Below the pieces are notes generated by a model. That model had not been told where the DNA came from. It made no database searches and worked only from the letters and a program-made list of their open reading frames with translations. The position numbers were made by a program, and so were the translations under genes. A stretch of DNA of 63,760 nucleotides, filler included, from Reticulomyxa filosa (Eukaryota > Protista > Foraminifera): the NCBI GenBank assembly GCA_000512085.1. It is 19 parts of 19 records of this genome, joined end to end, with 100 filler letters (N's around TTAATTAATTAA, not from the genome) between each part and the next. Parts side by side here need not be neighbours in the genome. Positions count along the whole stretch, not along the records: positions 47,912 to 49,494 come from ASPP01017245.1; positions 49,595 to 56,293 come from ASPP01033632.1; positions 56,394 to 59,023 come from ASPP01023791.1; positions 59,124 to 61,676 come from ASPP01022403.1; positions 61,777 to 63,760 come from ASPP01027048.1; 14 more parts are not named here. One strand, given 5' to 3'. Below are positions 48,532 to 62,053 of the stretch, in pieces; the stretch's first letter is position 1, and every line of letters starts with the position of its first letter.

Positions 48532-49494
48532 GTATATGATATAATAATTTAATAGGAAACTTTGAGCAGCAGTGTCATAAATTGAATTGCAATCTCCATT
48601 TTGGTGAAATCATTGGGAACGACTTCAAAGTGAATCACCTTTTCACCGGCCAAAATTTGAACCATGGTTTCCACGAAATGGTCGGAAATTTGCCGCGGAT
48701 TGGTGTCGTTTTTGCAATCGAAAGCAAAGGAATTCAAATAGTTTTGCACAAACCATTGCATAATAGAGTTTGTTTCTTGCTCGTCGTGGCGGGTCAGTTT
48801 GGAGATGAGCTTCTCCATTTTTTTGAGCAGCGCGTTGAACTTGTCGAAATTGTCGAACTTGCCATCCGCAAAGCCGGTGTTGATGACATCCAAGATGTCC
48901 ATTTCTGCCTCGAATTTGAGTGCATGAAAACAGAGCATTTCCAATCGCAGCAGGTCCCACTTTTTGTTCAATTCCGCCGCGTCCGATGTATTTTGGAGCC
49001 AGGAAAGCAAGTATTCAAATGATGGGGAAACATACTGCAAGCGTTCCACTTGGGTCTTTAATGATTGTTGAGTGGGCATATTCAAGCTTGTTTGAGCATT
49101 GGATATTAACAATGTGAGTATTTCGGTCACGCACGCCTTTAATCCGGACTTTTCACTCCAAACTATTGCATTTACACAAAGTATTGTATTTATTATTATT
49201 ATCATACCAACAAATATACCTTTGTGAATTCTCTCTGTTTCAGCACGCTTCAGTTTTAAAACGGACAATACTTCCAAAAAGTGATGGAGTATTTGTTCGT
49301 GTGACCATAGAATGGCATACAACTCCGGTACTTGGAACGTCACTTCCTCGACGACTTGTACATCTTCGTCTCCGTCTTTCGAATCAAATGTGACTTGGTG
49401 GACAGGCGCAGCGACATTCTCTTCGTCCAGATCGCTATATTGCCGTATGTACTCCCATTGCGCCAGATCGTATTCATCTTCACTGTTAAATTTT
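47950..49494 (-). CDS. Internal exons of a large alpha-helical protein (unknown family)
   Basis: ORFs of 264 and 202 aa with coding-like GC content, separated by a (TA)n intron. Confidence 0.55.
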
Positions 49495-49739
49495 NNNNNN
49501 NNNNNNNNNNNNNNNNNNNNNNNNNNNNNNNNNNNNNNTTAATTAATTAANNNNNNNNNNNNNNNNNNNNNNNNNNNNNNNNNNNNNNNNNNNNGCAAAT
49601 TAATATGTTACTAGAAAAGTGATTTGAAAATCACAAGGGGTTCAACGTGTTTTCGCAAGTGCGTGCATTTTTTAAAAATGAAACAATAAGTCATGCCAAA
49701 AAGCAAAAAAAATGCTGTTAAAATTCAAAAATTATCCAT

Positions 49740-50255
49740 TTACTTCAATGGAATGAATTTGGCAGACCCAGTGCTACCCAATCCAGGTCTTCCGTGACCC
49801 ACAGGTTTGTAAGTAATGGAAAATTCAGCCAAGTAATATCCAATCATATCGGGTTTGACTTCGACATGAATGTAACCTTTACCATTGTAAACACCGATCT
49901 GGCTGGCCACCATCTCAGGGACGACGATCATATTTCGCAAATGAGTTTTAATAATTTTGGGTTTTTTGATTGTTCCTTGGACACTCTTTTTTGCTTTACG
50001 CAATCGTCTAATAAACGATTTGTGTTTGTCACTCAAACCTCTTCGAAATCTTCGACGAGCTCTTGCATGAACTAACTCTTTAAATTCACGTGTGCCCAAA
50101 TCCAACAGTTTTTCTACTTCAATCCCGCGATAATAGTATTTACGGAATTTTCTTTTCGCTTTCAACTCTGCCGCTTTCGCTGCATCTTCCTCAGTCATGC
50201 CCGTGCGGCGACGAGGCGCTTTTCGTTTTCCAATTTTTTTGATTTTCTTTGGCAT
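49740..50255 (-). CDS. RPS15: 40S ribosomal protein S15 (uS19)
   Basis: [50 protein letters not shown] and [23 protein letters not shown]. Confidence 0.97.
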   Translation of the reverse strand: MPKKIKKIGKRKAPRRRTGMTEEDAAKAAELKAKRKFRKYYYRGIEVEKLLDLGTREFKELVHARARRRFRRGLSDKHKSFIRRLRKAKKSVQGTIKKPKIIKTHLRNMIVVPEMVASQIGVYNGKGYIHVEVKPDMIGYYLAEFSITYKPVGHGRPGLGSTGSAKFIPLK

Positions 50256-51212
50256 GTCGAAATTTCAAATTTGATTGCAAATCGACTTTTTTTATTTTCC
50301 AAAATAATTTTTTTACAGCATACCCTTGAGCCATATTTTTAATTTTATTTTAGTTGTCATGTTAAGCTTTCGAGCAAAAGCTTATTCATTTTATCATATC
50401 TGGCTTCTTTCTTCATTAAGTTTGTTAAAATGGGTGTGTTTTTACCAAAATTTTCGAAAAAAAATCAATAACTTTTCGTGTTTTTGTGCAATTTTATTAA
50501 AAATCAAATATATTTCAGATTTGGCATGATGTGTGGATATCATTTAAAAATTTGAAAAAAGTTAATTTTTCACGAATAATTGAAGTGTCTGTAGGGGTTA
50601 ATTTAGTGTGGCCTTTTTTGCAGTCAGCTACATAAGATAAAAACAAACATAGAACAATACCAAAAGAGGGCAAACATTGACGAAAATATTTTTTGATTAT
50701 ATGATATACGAAAAGTGATATCTTAGCGTTGCATTTTTTATTTAAGCATGCTCCAGTTTGTATCAAACATAGGAAATAAGCCAAATGAACATCTATCTGA
50801 TCAACGGATATCTAATATATATAAATTTGATTTTTTGCTTTCTAAGAGGAACACTTAAAAGGAGAAAAAAAGTAATAGATTGAGCCCATGGCAAATCTTG
50901 GTCGCCAAAAAACCAGGAGGGTCTAAGAAAAATATTTGTGAAATGAATCAATTTTAATTTTTATCCTTGAGCATAAAGTTCTTTCCTCATTACGGATTAT
51001 TTATATGGAAGATTGACAACAAATATCAAAGGTCACTAAAAAAAATGGAAAAAATATCTATCGATTTTTTTATTTGGTGAATTAAGAGGTTACTGATTGC
51101 ATCGAAAAATCCAAAACAAAAATGAAAAAATGGCCCATTACACACTACATAAAACAATATTTTGTTGTTCTTTATTTTGTAAAAACAAACTCCGTTGTTG
51201 TATTTCTTGTTT

Positions 51213-51542
51213 TTAAATTCCGTCTACTAATTCGTCTTCTGAAGTATCAATGACAGACGTTTCTTTCTTTTTGGATTTACAATAATACACAAGCAACGAG
51301 ATAGCAATAATGCCGACAAGAATTGAAATCCAAACCCAAATAGAGTTGTTCTTTCCTTCATCACTGTAGCCATTTCCAAGCGGTGGAATAATCCCGAGCT
51401 GAGAGGCGAGCATCGCAACAACAAACAGAGAGAGACACACAATGCACGGGTAGGATATCTCTTTCCGGTAAACATCATCCACAATAAAAGCGGAGCTCAT
51501 TGATGTATTTCGTGAAACGCTTGTTTTTTGTTTTCTTCGCAT
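51213..51542 (-). CDS. Small two-TM membrane protein
   Basis: 109-aa ORF with two hydrophobic helices and a charged tail. Confidence 0.55.
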   Translation of the reverse strand: MRRKQKTSVSRNTSMSSAFIVDDVYRKEISYPCIVCLSLFVVAMLASQLGIIPPLGNGYSDEGKNNSIWVWISILVGIIAISLLVYYCKSKKKETSVIDTSEDELVDGI

Positions 51543-51752
51543 TTTTAATTTCAGATTTATAAATTTTGTAATTAAAAAATCATAACCCTTTTTTTAAGTT
51601 TTGGAAGCAGACAAAATGTTTGCACAATGACGAGAAAGACAGATTAATAAAAGTTTTGAAGCAAAAAAGAATCTTTTGCAAAGGAACGAGAAGCGTATAG
51701 TTTAGGAAAATAGATAAAAAACTAAACAACCCATTCATTGCACAATATAAAT

Positions 51753-53810
51753 TTAAGGATAAAATGAAATATTGATCAAAGACCAGCCAAAAATTCCTCG
51801 AACATTTTCCTTTTCAAAAGATGGAATTTTGATGACAATGGCAGCCCAGACATACTCGGCGTCTATACTAAATTCATTTCCATAACTTGCAGAGGCCACT
51901 TCTGTCTGGACTTTGGCGTGGTTAATTCGATCATTGCACCACAGCAAGTGATATCTTTGTCTTGACGCAGGTGAGAAATCGCTATTGTGACTTTTAGTAC
52001 CTTCAGAATTTATTTTTTGTTCTTCGTCGACATACAATCCATATCTGAATTCGTCGTCATCCTCCGTGCGTTGAATGTACTGATCCGAAGCATGTTCCGG
52101 GAACTTCTTCAACTGTATTAGCTGATCATTTTCCGAAATCGTCTTAATTTCACCAGTTTCTTCATCTTCGATGTCAGAACGATCCACGTAATAAACTGGT
52201 AAAATGTTGACTTCCAATCCTATTTCTTTGCACAAACTTTTTTTATTTGTATTTATTTCAAGCAAGTTTGTTGATTAAGTGTAAATTATTTTATAAGAAA
52301 GCAAATACCTGTACACCACAGCATCCACCCCCTTGAGCACCTCAATGGCATTAAGCTTTCGGTTCCGATTCAGCAAGCTCATCGCATACCGGTGTTGGCA
52401 CCACACGCCCAATTTGCCACCATCTGACAAAAAGAATTCATCCACCAACGCTTGTATCAAACAATTGCGAAAATTTTCAAATCCATTCTCCGATTTCGAC
52501 GGGTTATTTTTTGCCTTTTTACGTGTATACACATACGTATACAAAACGTATGTATTACACACATTTATTGTTCTCTAAACTTCCACGCCAAGATGTACGA
52601 TTTTGCTAAATTCGTGGATTTTTTGAATTTCTTTTTGTTGGGTAAACTTGTCTAAAGCCGCTTGTTCTTCCTTCTTTTTTTTTCGTCTTCATCCAATTCC
52701 TTTTTTTTTTTTATTCATCTCAACTTTATTGGTTATCGACTTCAGTTGCATCATTTCCAATGTTTGCAGCTGCAACTCGTAAAACGGACTCACTTTTCCC
52801 TGCTTTGCAAATTGTTCGTAATTGTTTGCATCCATCTTGTCGCTGCGATGCTCGGGGACAATCTTCGGTCCGATGGCGATCAAATTAAAGGTTATCGTCA
52901 ATCGGTTCCCACTTTTCACTGGTAATATCTCATGCGTGCAATCACCATAAAACGCACACCAATGTATTTCGTTATACACTTGACGCTTCTCCTTAGAAAC
53001 GACAGTGTTCCCAGGAACTTCTTTTTTTCCTCCTAGTTCCAACCCAATTTTTTTTTTTTTTTTTTCTTTTCTCTTTTGCTGACAACGCAAAATTTGAAAA
53101 ACATTATTTTATTACATTAGACTGTTCTACTACAGCTTTGGAAATGTCAGAAGCCCAATCATAAACAACTTTTGTACCATTGTGTGTGACAACTAATTCA
53201 CCACCTTGAAAAGAATCGATAGGTATACACAGGACCAATGTGCCAAACATTTTTCCGTCTCGAGGAGTGTCAACGTGCCCTTTGAAAAAACCGTTTTCGG
53301 AATACAAGTTGAGTTTGTATAGTTGGGCGTTGACATTGTGCATGGGGACCAATATTCTGCGAATCCAATCGATAATGGGATACATTTGCTCATTATTGAT
53401 ATCCAAGGCATGGCTCAAACAAAAGTGCTCGTTCCCCAAGTTTAATGCGTTTCGATAGTCCAAGTTCTTTTGTGGCTCATTCTTGAATGCGTACGAGGCC
53501 ACTTCTAATTGGTCTTTCAGCTGCTGCAACTCGGTTGCAGAAAACTCGGATCCAAATATAAAACTATGCGACTTCTTCACCACAGTCTCTTTCCTGGTTG
53601 CACTTTCGCTCTTTCGCTCACCTTTATCGATCAACGACAGATACGAATCAGGCAAAATTGAACATTTCCCGCCACACGTGAAAGGATGCAATAAATGATC
53701 CAAATATTTCCCTATTGCATTCACGTGCGTGTCATTATTTGTCTTTTTTTTTTGGAACTCTTTTGTTCCTTCTCTGCTGGAGGTCTCTTTTTGTTTCTTT
53801 TCGCTGCCAT
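51753..53810 (-). CDS. 2OG-Fe(II) dioxygenase-domain protein (multi-exon)
   Basis: LYKLNLYSENGFFKGHVDTPR (HxD), MFGTLVL, GGELVV and AFYGDCTHEILPVKSGNRLTITFNL (distal His, Arg). The ATG at 53810 needs a 1-nt fix in the poly-A run at ~53750. Confidence 0.85.
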
Positions 53811-54229
53811 ATTGGAACGAGGAATCTTGGGACCCCTTTTTGAAAAAATAATTACGTCGAACTAATTTGTTTAATGTTTATTCAAAAATGACGCTATCTG
53901 GATAATAAAATATACTCCAAAAAATTTATTTTTACGTGATAAACCTAAAAACAAAATCAAATGAAAATAATCTAAATACACCAATGCTCACAAAAATACA
54001 AACAACAACGGAAAAAATGAGAGAAAATGTGAAAGTAAGTTAGTTTGAGATAAAAAAAGTTTTGGTTCTCATAACAAGTAATTTTGTCCTACAACGCGCA
54101 ATAAATAGTAACCACAAACTTCAATCAAACAACATAAAATCAATAAAAAACCAAAATTTGCAACAACACAAAACATTAACTTTTAACATAAAAAATATAA
54201 AAACTGATATTTTGAGTCTTTGTGAATAG

Positions 54230-55300
54230 ACAACATGAACGGCTGAGGTGATAAAGGACATGCTGGCACATTGGATGGTACGCATACAAGACCCCACGCT
54301 TGATAGGAAGCTGGTATTGTTGCTATTGCAAATCGTGGAGCGGCCGGCCGATGATATGTTATATACAGCTACGCATTCACTCATCGAGTATTGAGATCCA
54401 ATGTTGCTGTTGTATGTAAAGCTGGTTCGAAGAAAATAACTTGCTTTAGAAAGCTACATGAAGTGGCGAAGACTAGTTATGTTGAAGATTGGACAGTTTG
54501 TCAAATTGTTACTGCAAATGTTTGCTTTCACGTTCATATATTCTGCATTATATTTCTAGTCTAAAATGGGGATGTTTACAGACATTAAATGTAGTGTTGG
54601 GCAGGAGTAGTGTCACCAGGCGCAATATAATCACTTTTTTTGAGATTCAGTTGCAGTTATTTCGAAGATTTCAATACTGATAGCGACGCTAATGCATGTG
54701 GGAAGTAATACGAAAAGGTTTCACTCGAATGATAGTGAATTTCAGTAAAACAAAGTAAATTAAGTAATAAATCAAAATGACAAAAGGAAAGTAAGAAAAG
54801 CAAGGAAGTAAGAAGTAGTTGACGAAGTTTTAGCCCACTGGGGACTCCCAGGTTCATTCAACGTTCAGATATTTATAGGGCCTTGCCCTACATGCACTTG
54901 AAGGAGTTTGCATTGTATAAGTAGCTATCGTAATGTCGCAGTGATATGTGGCGTGGCAAAATTTGTGAATACTGACTAAAGCAATGCTAGTGGCACCGGT
55001 GATGACGATATCGGTCAATGTGATATCAAATAGATCACCTTGATGAACACCTTTGTGATATTGTAGGATTTGTCAATAAAGGTTGTATTCTTGAATAACA
55101 TTATTTGATTTCTAACATTAATTCAAGAATTCGCATATCGATCAGTTGAATAAGTTGATTTAAATGAGCTTTGAAAATCAATTTAAGAGCGTATGATCAT
55201 TTTGTGTTTTTTATATGATTTATTATATATTTGAAGCTTTGAATGAAATGATAGATGTTGGATTTGATATTGATGCATATTTGCTGCGGTCCAAAGATAT
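54230..55300 (-). mobile_element. Heavily decayed non-LTR retrotransposon RT, CRE-like
   Basis: Ordered minus-strand relics: IDFQSSFKS (~55156-55182), KGVHQGD (~55034-55054), TDIVI, NLGVP (~54840) and QLPIKRG..MR (~54281-54315). Confidence 0.6.
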
Positions 55301-56445
55301 TTTTAATTTTATTACAGTATATTTTCATTAACGTTGCATATGAACGACGAAGAAGCGAACTAATAGTAATTAGTATGTTGTAGCAGTCAGGTTTCGCAAT
55401 GACAAATTAAAAAATATTCTGTATCAACTTATCGAAAAAGATTTTACTGATTTTTGGATGCTATGAAACATTTTTTTGTGGACCAACAACAGCAAATTCA
55501 ATAAAAGAAGCAGTATTAACATACTGACAACAATAAAAGAAACGTGAATTTTAAAAAAATAACAAATGAAGGCCAAATAATGGAATTTGTGTTGACACAC
55601 CAGTGGCTACTCACAACAAATCATAGTCAATTATCTACAATGAACATAATGACTTTAGTAATGCACAAATACAAACTGTTGATAGTGTTCGCTTATGTTC
55701 ACAAAATATGATATATTAGATGATGTAGTTTAGTAAATATTTCAAGAATCGGATAAACTAATAAAATTATTTAATTAAATGAAATATACAATATTGGTTA
55801 TCCAAGAAAATTAACTAAAAATATTAAATAGAACAAACAAATGGTAAATAAGATTTCATAGTAATAAACCAGATGAAAGAATCTGGATCAATTGTGGATT
55901 ATACATTAGTTAGAACAAAAACTGTATATATTGCAAACTAAAATTAGAAATATTGCAAATATTTACTTAACTGACCACTTCAATATTAAATTACATTTGA
56001 GATGGAAATTGACAAGCTAAATGTAAAACATAAGATAAATATACCAAAGGTAATAATGACAAAAGGTATTGAAATGAAAAGAATGATACAATTATTAAAT
56101 ACAATACTAACACTATCAAAGCTAGCTTCAAATATACTACAATTTTATTTGGGCAATATAACAATTGTAAAAAAGGCATCAACTAAATCCACATACAGTG
56201 ATAACAATATTAAAGAATATACAATAAGAAAAAAAGAAAGTTTATACATAACATGCTGCCTTATAGAGATGATTTTGTTTCTCAATGAAAAAANNNNNNN
56301 NNNNNNNNNNNNNNNNNNNNNNNNNNNNNNNNNNNNNTTAATTAATTAANNNNNNNNNNNNNNNNNNNNNNNNNNNNNNNNNNNNNNNNNNNNAACATGT
56401 TATGTTTTTTGTAGATTTTGTTTTTATTTATAAAAAAAAAAAGAA

Positions 56446-57870
56446 ATGATTTGTCATTGTGATCGGCATTTTCAAAAATATAGGATATTATTTTTGTACA
56501 ACTCCAAAAGGCAAAGCTGCAATGGTGCGGCATTGGAAATTGCAGATCAATTGAACACTGCCAGTTCCAAGGTTGAGATCATTAAAAAAAAAAAAGTTGA
56601 AAACTCATTGTGCAAGTTTGGAAGACCACTTATCAATGGCACAAAGTGAGAGTAACGAGTTACGATATGAAAAGGACTTCCAACAGTTGCAATCGAGTTT
56701 GGAAGAGCAAACGCAAATGGTAATTCAACCGCAGTAGGACTTGATGATCAAAGAAAAGGCATTGCAAGTGATTGAGCAACAGCAAATAAAGGCTTTGGTA
56801 TATCTATATATGTGTTATATGTTCATTTTATTTTTTTTATAAAAAAAAAAAAAATGTAATCGCTTTAATGTTTGAACACAACGAAGTCAATTGGATGAAT
56901 CGGCTGCCTTGGAATTGGCTTATGAAAAATTGCAAGAACAAGTTTATATATATATACATATATGTATTACTTTATCTTGTCTTGAAATCATCATTGCTTT
57001 GCTTGTGTCAATGAAAGTATCAACAATGCCAAGAGACGTCACAAGAGGAAATATCGGAATATATCGAGGCCACGAAAAACCATATCCAATGAAGTGGTGT
57101 GCTATTGGCCGCTCAGAACTCCAAGGCGAGCTGCTCTCACAAGTCAAAATCATTCAAACGAGACAATTGCAACACGACTCAATCACTTTGGATCCTCCAG
57201 TTCTCTTTCATATATACATATATATATATATATGTATATGCATGTCTTGCTTCAGAATTAGACGATACATTGTTTGGATTGAATAACAACATCAGCGTCG
57301 TAAAAACACCTTTGTGCTGTCGCATCTCGAGAACGAAACCAAGAAACTAGCGATCATCTCCATTCTCCATGATCATTCTCACGAATCCATCACGTTAGCT
57401 ATTTTCTCACATGCGCGTGCATATACACGTATATACATATGTATATACATATATATATGTATATACATATATATATGTATATATTTAATGATCTCATTCT
57501 CTAAAGTACACTATTGCATATATATATATATATATATATCTTTTTAGTGGGAAAGAAGAAACAGACGATGAAGATGACCACAAGACTACTAGAGGACGTA
57601 TGAAAGATGCAAACAGGCCCCCCCCCCCTTGTCTCGCCTTTGAAGTCATTTGCGAAAAGCAAGTCGTCCAGCAACATATCGACGCTCAACATTATGTCAT
57701 CGCGTCCCGATATGCTTCGCCAAAACTCGGTAGATACGCCTCGTACGGGTTGTGTGCAGACTGAATGTGCTCGGGCAAAATACCACCAAGTTGTCGGCAC
57801 GTGAGAGGCTGGACGAAGATAGCAATGAAGACGTCGCTGGAGGGCGCTGGTGATACACACACACACACAC
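56446..57870 (+). CDS. Multi-exon coiled-coil hypothetical protein (partial)
   Basis: Short coding-like blocks (ALEIADQLNTASSK, ESAALELAYEKLQEQ, LSHLENETKKLAII) separated by (TA)n-rich GT..AG introns. Confidence 0.4.
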
Positions 57871-59989
57871 CAATCGCAACGATAGCAACGACTTTGAAAT
57901 GCTGTTGGATGACGATGACGATGTCGAACTGGACTTGGATCAAATCTTGAATAATCATGACCTGATTAGTGATCTTCCTTCGGCCAAAACTCTTTGTGGA
58001 AGAAGAACGTCGCCCGCATGGACCAATATAAAGATGTCCACGATCATACAAATACTGATGCCCGAAATACTACAACAAGGGATATGCTTTATCAAGCAAA
58101 TAATACTCGCTGCCTCAATACAAATCCTTGACGTAGTGTTTTTTTGTTTTTTTTCCTTGACTTCGTCTCTTTTTTTGGCTTTGGTAATTGTGGTTTTTTC
58201 GACTCATTATTTGTGTTTATTATTTCCTTTTTTTTTTCCCATGCTTTTTTTTTTTAAAACAGTTTGGAAAAAAAAAAAAAGTAAACACATTTTAATCAAA
58301 TATATATCTGATGGTACGCAAACTTGAAATAAAAGAAGTGATTTGATTGCTATCAAGGCAATCCGATGAGCTCGTATCAAGAACTATCACCTTCTGACTA
58401 TAGTCGAAATAAATATCATATCAGAAACATAAAAATATATTTTATCTTAATAAATTCATATATCAATATAACTTCTTAAATTAAATTATTAATTGAATAT
58501 TATTTTAAAAAATTGTAATGAATGAACAAAATATTGGAGTATATATATAACATTATATATAATATATTTATTACTAGTAGTAATGCATGGGCTCATATAA
58601 GTCTATATCTATATTAAATTTTCCTAGATTATTTATTATTGATGAAGTAAAAACGACAATTGGGTAAGTGCATGACTGTTATATATTGAAAATGATAGTC
58701 AATAATATAACACCAGTCTAAGATTAACACTCAAGTTTACATAATATGGCGATATTTATGTAATGGTCGGTGGGTGGTTTTGGGTGATTCTGTATGAAAT
58801 CTTAAACTGCAACTAGTTGTCAATCAAGGGTATATGGACATTGTATATTGTAAATAGATTGAAAAACTATCATAAATTTTTTTTTTTATCATTAATATAT
58901 ATATCATTAATACAATATATATTTATATATATTTATATTTAAAAATATATATTTAAGTTATTACAATTATTACATTTTAAATTATTCATTTTTTATTTCG
59001 TTTACAAAATTTTCGATTATATANNNNNNNNNNNNNNNNNNNNNNNNNNNNNNNNNNNNNNNNNNNNTTAATTAATTAANNNNNNNNNNNNNNNNNNNNN
59101 NNNNNNNNNNNNNNNNNNNNNNNAAATGTTCACGTCATTAGAACGCTACTACGACTTGGCCAAGCAAGACGAGGAAATCATTGCTATCCTAAACCATTGA
59201 CGGCGACCTCTTTGTACATGCTCAGGTCGACCTTGCTACGGCGTCGCAAGCTTCGTCCTTGCCAACAATGATATCACCACTAAGCTTGCCACATTGACTG
59301 TTCTTCTCACTGATACTAGAAACTAAGCTGGCACGCTAGTTGTCTAGCACTCGTTCACTGTCACCGACAGACCTAGCTCCAATGCCAATGACAATGCCAA
59401 AGCTGCGACTTTGCAGGCTTGGAGGGCAAAAAAGTCAAGTTCACTCTTGAGTTCCTCAAATGTACACTGTCACATCAGCCAAATATTGCTTCACTCATTC
59501 GTTGCCGTAGGGTCTGATCTCGCTCAGTTCAAGTGTGAAGCCTGCCAACGGCGCTAGTGTCAACGAGTTCAAATTCGGAGAAGCCTATGAAGTCCGCGCT
59601 TTAAAGAACACCGAAAACTTTCGAAGTTTCATCGCGCTCGAATGCGTCCAAATCACAGTGGCGATCTGATTTGGCGTGAAATGGAAAATGGATTCACCAC
59701 CATTGATTTTGATGACTGGACTTAGATCTTTAAAGACATTACATCCAAGAGATATCTTCTCGAGCAAAGACTACGCACATTGCAAAGCACAAATCGCACA
59801 AGACTGTATTAGGAGACGAGCTGCAGAAAAAGGTGCAAGAAAGATGAATTAAAAAAGAGCGCGATTCTACAAAGAAGGTCAAAAAAATTAAAAAATCGTT
59901 GAAAAAAGAATAGTATACAAGTCCATGGGCGAAAAGATGATAAAACTGAGAGAAGCGACCAATACAAATACTGGAAAAAGCAATGGAGA

Positions 59990-61676
59990 TAAAAAGAAAA
60001 TCAGACAAGCGTATGTAATATTTGTATATATTCCTCCGATAGACAGAATTAATGCATTGAAATAGATAGATCGTGGCAATATATACAAAATGTAGTGCAT
60101 ATCTTTCAGAGCTTACGATATGCAATACTACCGATTGGAGACCCGAATGCAAGAGCCAAATACAGGGAGACAAAGTGAATAACCAAAATGGAAATCGACT
60201 AATGTAATGGTGTCAAAGAAATACTCTACGAATACTAAATATAGAATTGCAAAGTGCAAAGAACGTTCCATGCAAACAAGAAAGATGCAAAAATATTTTC
60301 GATTGTTGATTATGCGATAGTCAATACCAACGAGTTCTGGGAAGAATCACAATTATAAAGAGCTATACAAAACACTGATTGATAATAAAGTAATAACATT
60401 TAAAAAGAATCTTATAGAATGGTAGTGAGCCAAATACCAGAGATATAAAGCTCTATAACATTTTGGAAGAAATAAATAAAAGATCCAAATGAATAAACAT
60501 GGATCCAAGCGGATAAACGAGCAATAAAAACAAAGCCACAAGAATGTAAAAAGATTATTGAATAAAATACAAGAACAACACAAAAAGAAGAATGTCTACA
60601 AAAGAATCAGGCTGGATGATAAAGTAGATTGGTTCCCGGTGTACGATGATGAGAAATAATAATCTAACAAAGTGAAAAGATTGTGGTGATATTAAAATAT
60701 TACGAAAGATTATATAGCGAAGATGAAAGTATCAAAGAAGAATGGCACAAGAAAGTTAAAGAAAGGTATATTGAAATTATGGTTACCACAGTAAAAGACA
60801 AAAGGACTATAAAATCACTACGCAGAGATAATGATAGCAGTACAGAAACTCAAGTCGCATAAAGCAATTTTTTTGGACTGTATATCAAACGATGTAGTTA
60901 AAGCAGTTGTATAAGAGGAACAAAGAATTTTCCAAAAGTACATAAACATGATGCTGGATCCGCAGGAATACCAAAAAGGATGCTAGTATCTAAGTTAACA
61001 ATTATCCACAAGAAAATAGACATGACATAGCCAGATGAATAAAATTGAAATCAGAAATACTAACGTTGGCGAACAGATAATATTAGAAAGAATAACATCA
61101 ACTGTAGAACTATCGCTAAACGATGAACAGGGTGGGTTTCGTAAAGGAATAGAAACGACAAATCACCTGACCATGCTAAGAATGATATTATATCACGCAA
61201 TGCATATATCCAAAAAACAAACATATATAGTCAATATGGACTTCAAGAAAGCATTCGGCTCGGTGGCACCAAGTGGTCATGGAAATGTACAAGAATAATT
61301 CAACAAGCGGACCACTGTCTAATGTATACGCTGATGATTTGATCAAGGAGATAAATAACAAATCAAAATATCATGACACGTATGGAGAATTGACATAAAA
61401 ATGCCTAATGTATGCAGATGACTTGATTACGTGAGCAAGTTCATGTGAAGGAATGTACATTATAATCACTAAAATAGGGAAATATTGCAATGTATGTAAG
61501 CTTCAATTGAACTTGGAGAAAGTACTATGACCAGAATTGAAAAAGAAAGGATAGCAAATATAACATTAGAAGTAAAATGAAGGGTTTAACGGAACTTAAA
61601 TACATAGGAGTGCTGATAGATGTGAAAACTATAAGCTGGAACAAGCAAGTAAACCAATTAATTAAGAAGCTCAAAG
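59990..61676 (+). mobile_element. Decayed LINE-type (APE endonuclease + RT) retrotransposon
   Basis: APE relics YIPP (60027), IGDPNA (60134), NGNRL and VDYAI. RT motifs LNDEQGGFRKG..T, MDFKKAFGSV, MYADDL (~61410), LQLNLEK and KYIGV. Many stops. Confidence 0.85.
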
Positions 61677-61920
61677 NNNNNNNNNNNNNNNNNNNNNNNN
61701 NNNNNNNNNNNNNNNNNNNNTTAATTAATTAANNNNNNNNNNNNNNNNNNNNNNNNNNNNNNNNNNNNNNNNNNNNTTTAACACGTTGGTAAACTTAAAT
61801 TAAATTTTAAAAATAAATCTTGTCATACTTAGGCACCACAAAAAATTTTTTTAAAGTAAATAAAAGATTAAAATTTTTGAAAAAATTATAAAGACTTAAT
61901 AAAAAACCAAAATGATATTT

Positions 61921-62053
61921 AAAAAATACACGATTCGTAGATTTTTTTTTTAAATAAAAAAAAATTTATTAAATGTTGTTTTTTCATGGAGAAATACAAT
62001 CATCTATATAAGGTGGCATTTTAGGTGTCAACTTTCTTTTTTATCTTACTGTA
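61921..62053 (-). mobile_element. Tc1/mariner-like terminal repeat, copy C (diverged)
   Basis: TTTTTCATGGAGAAA..GGTGGCATTTTAGG..CTTACTG|TA aligns with copies A and B. Confidence 0.5.
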
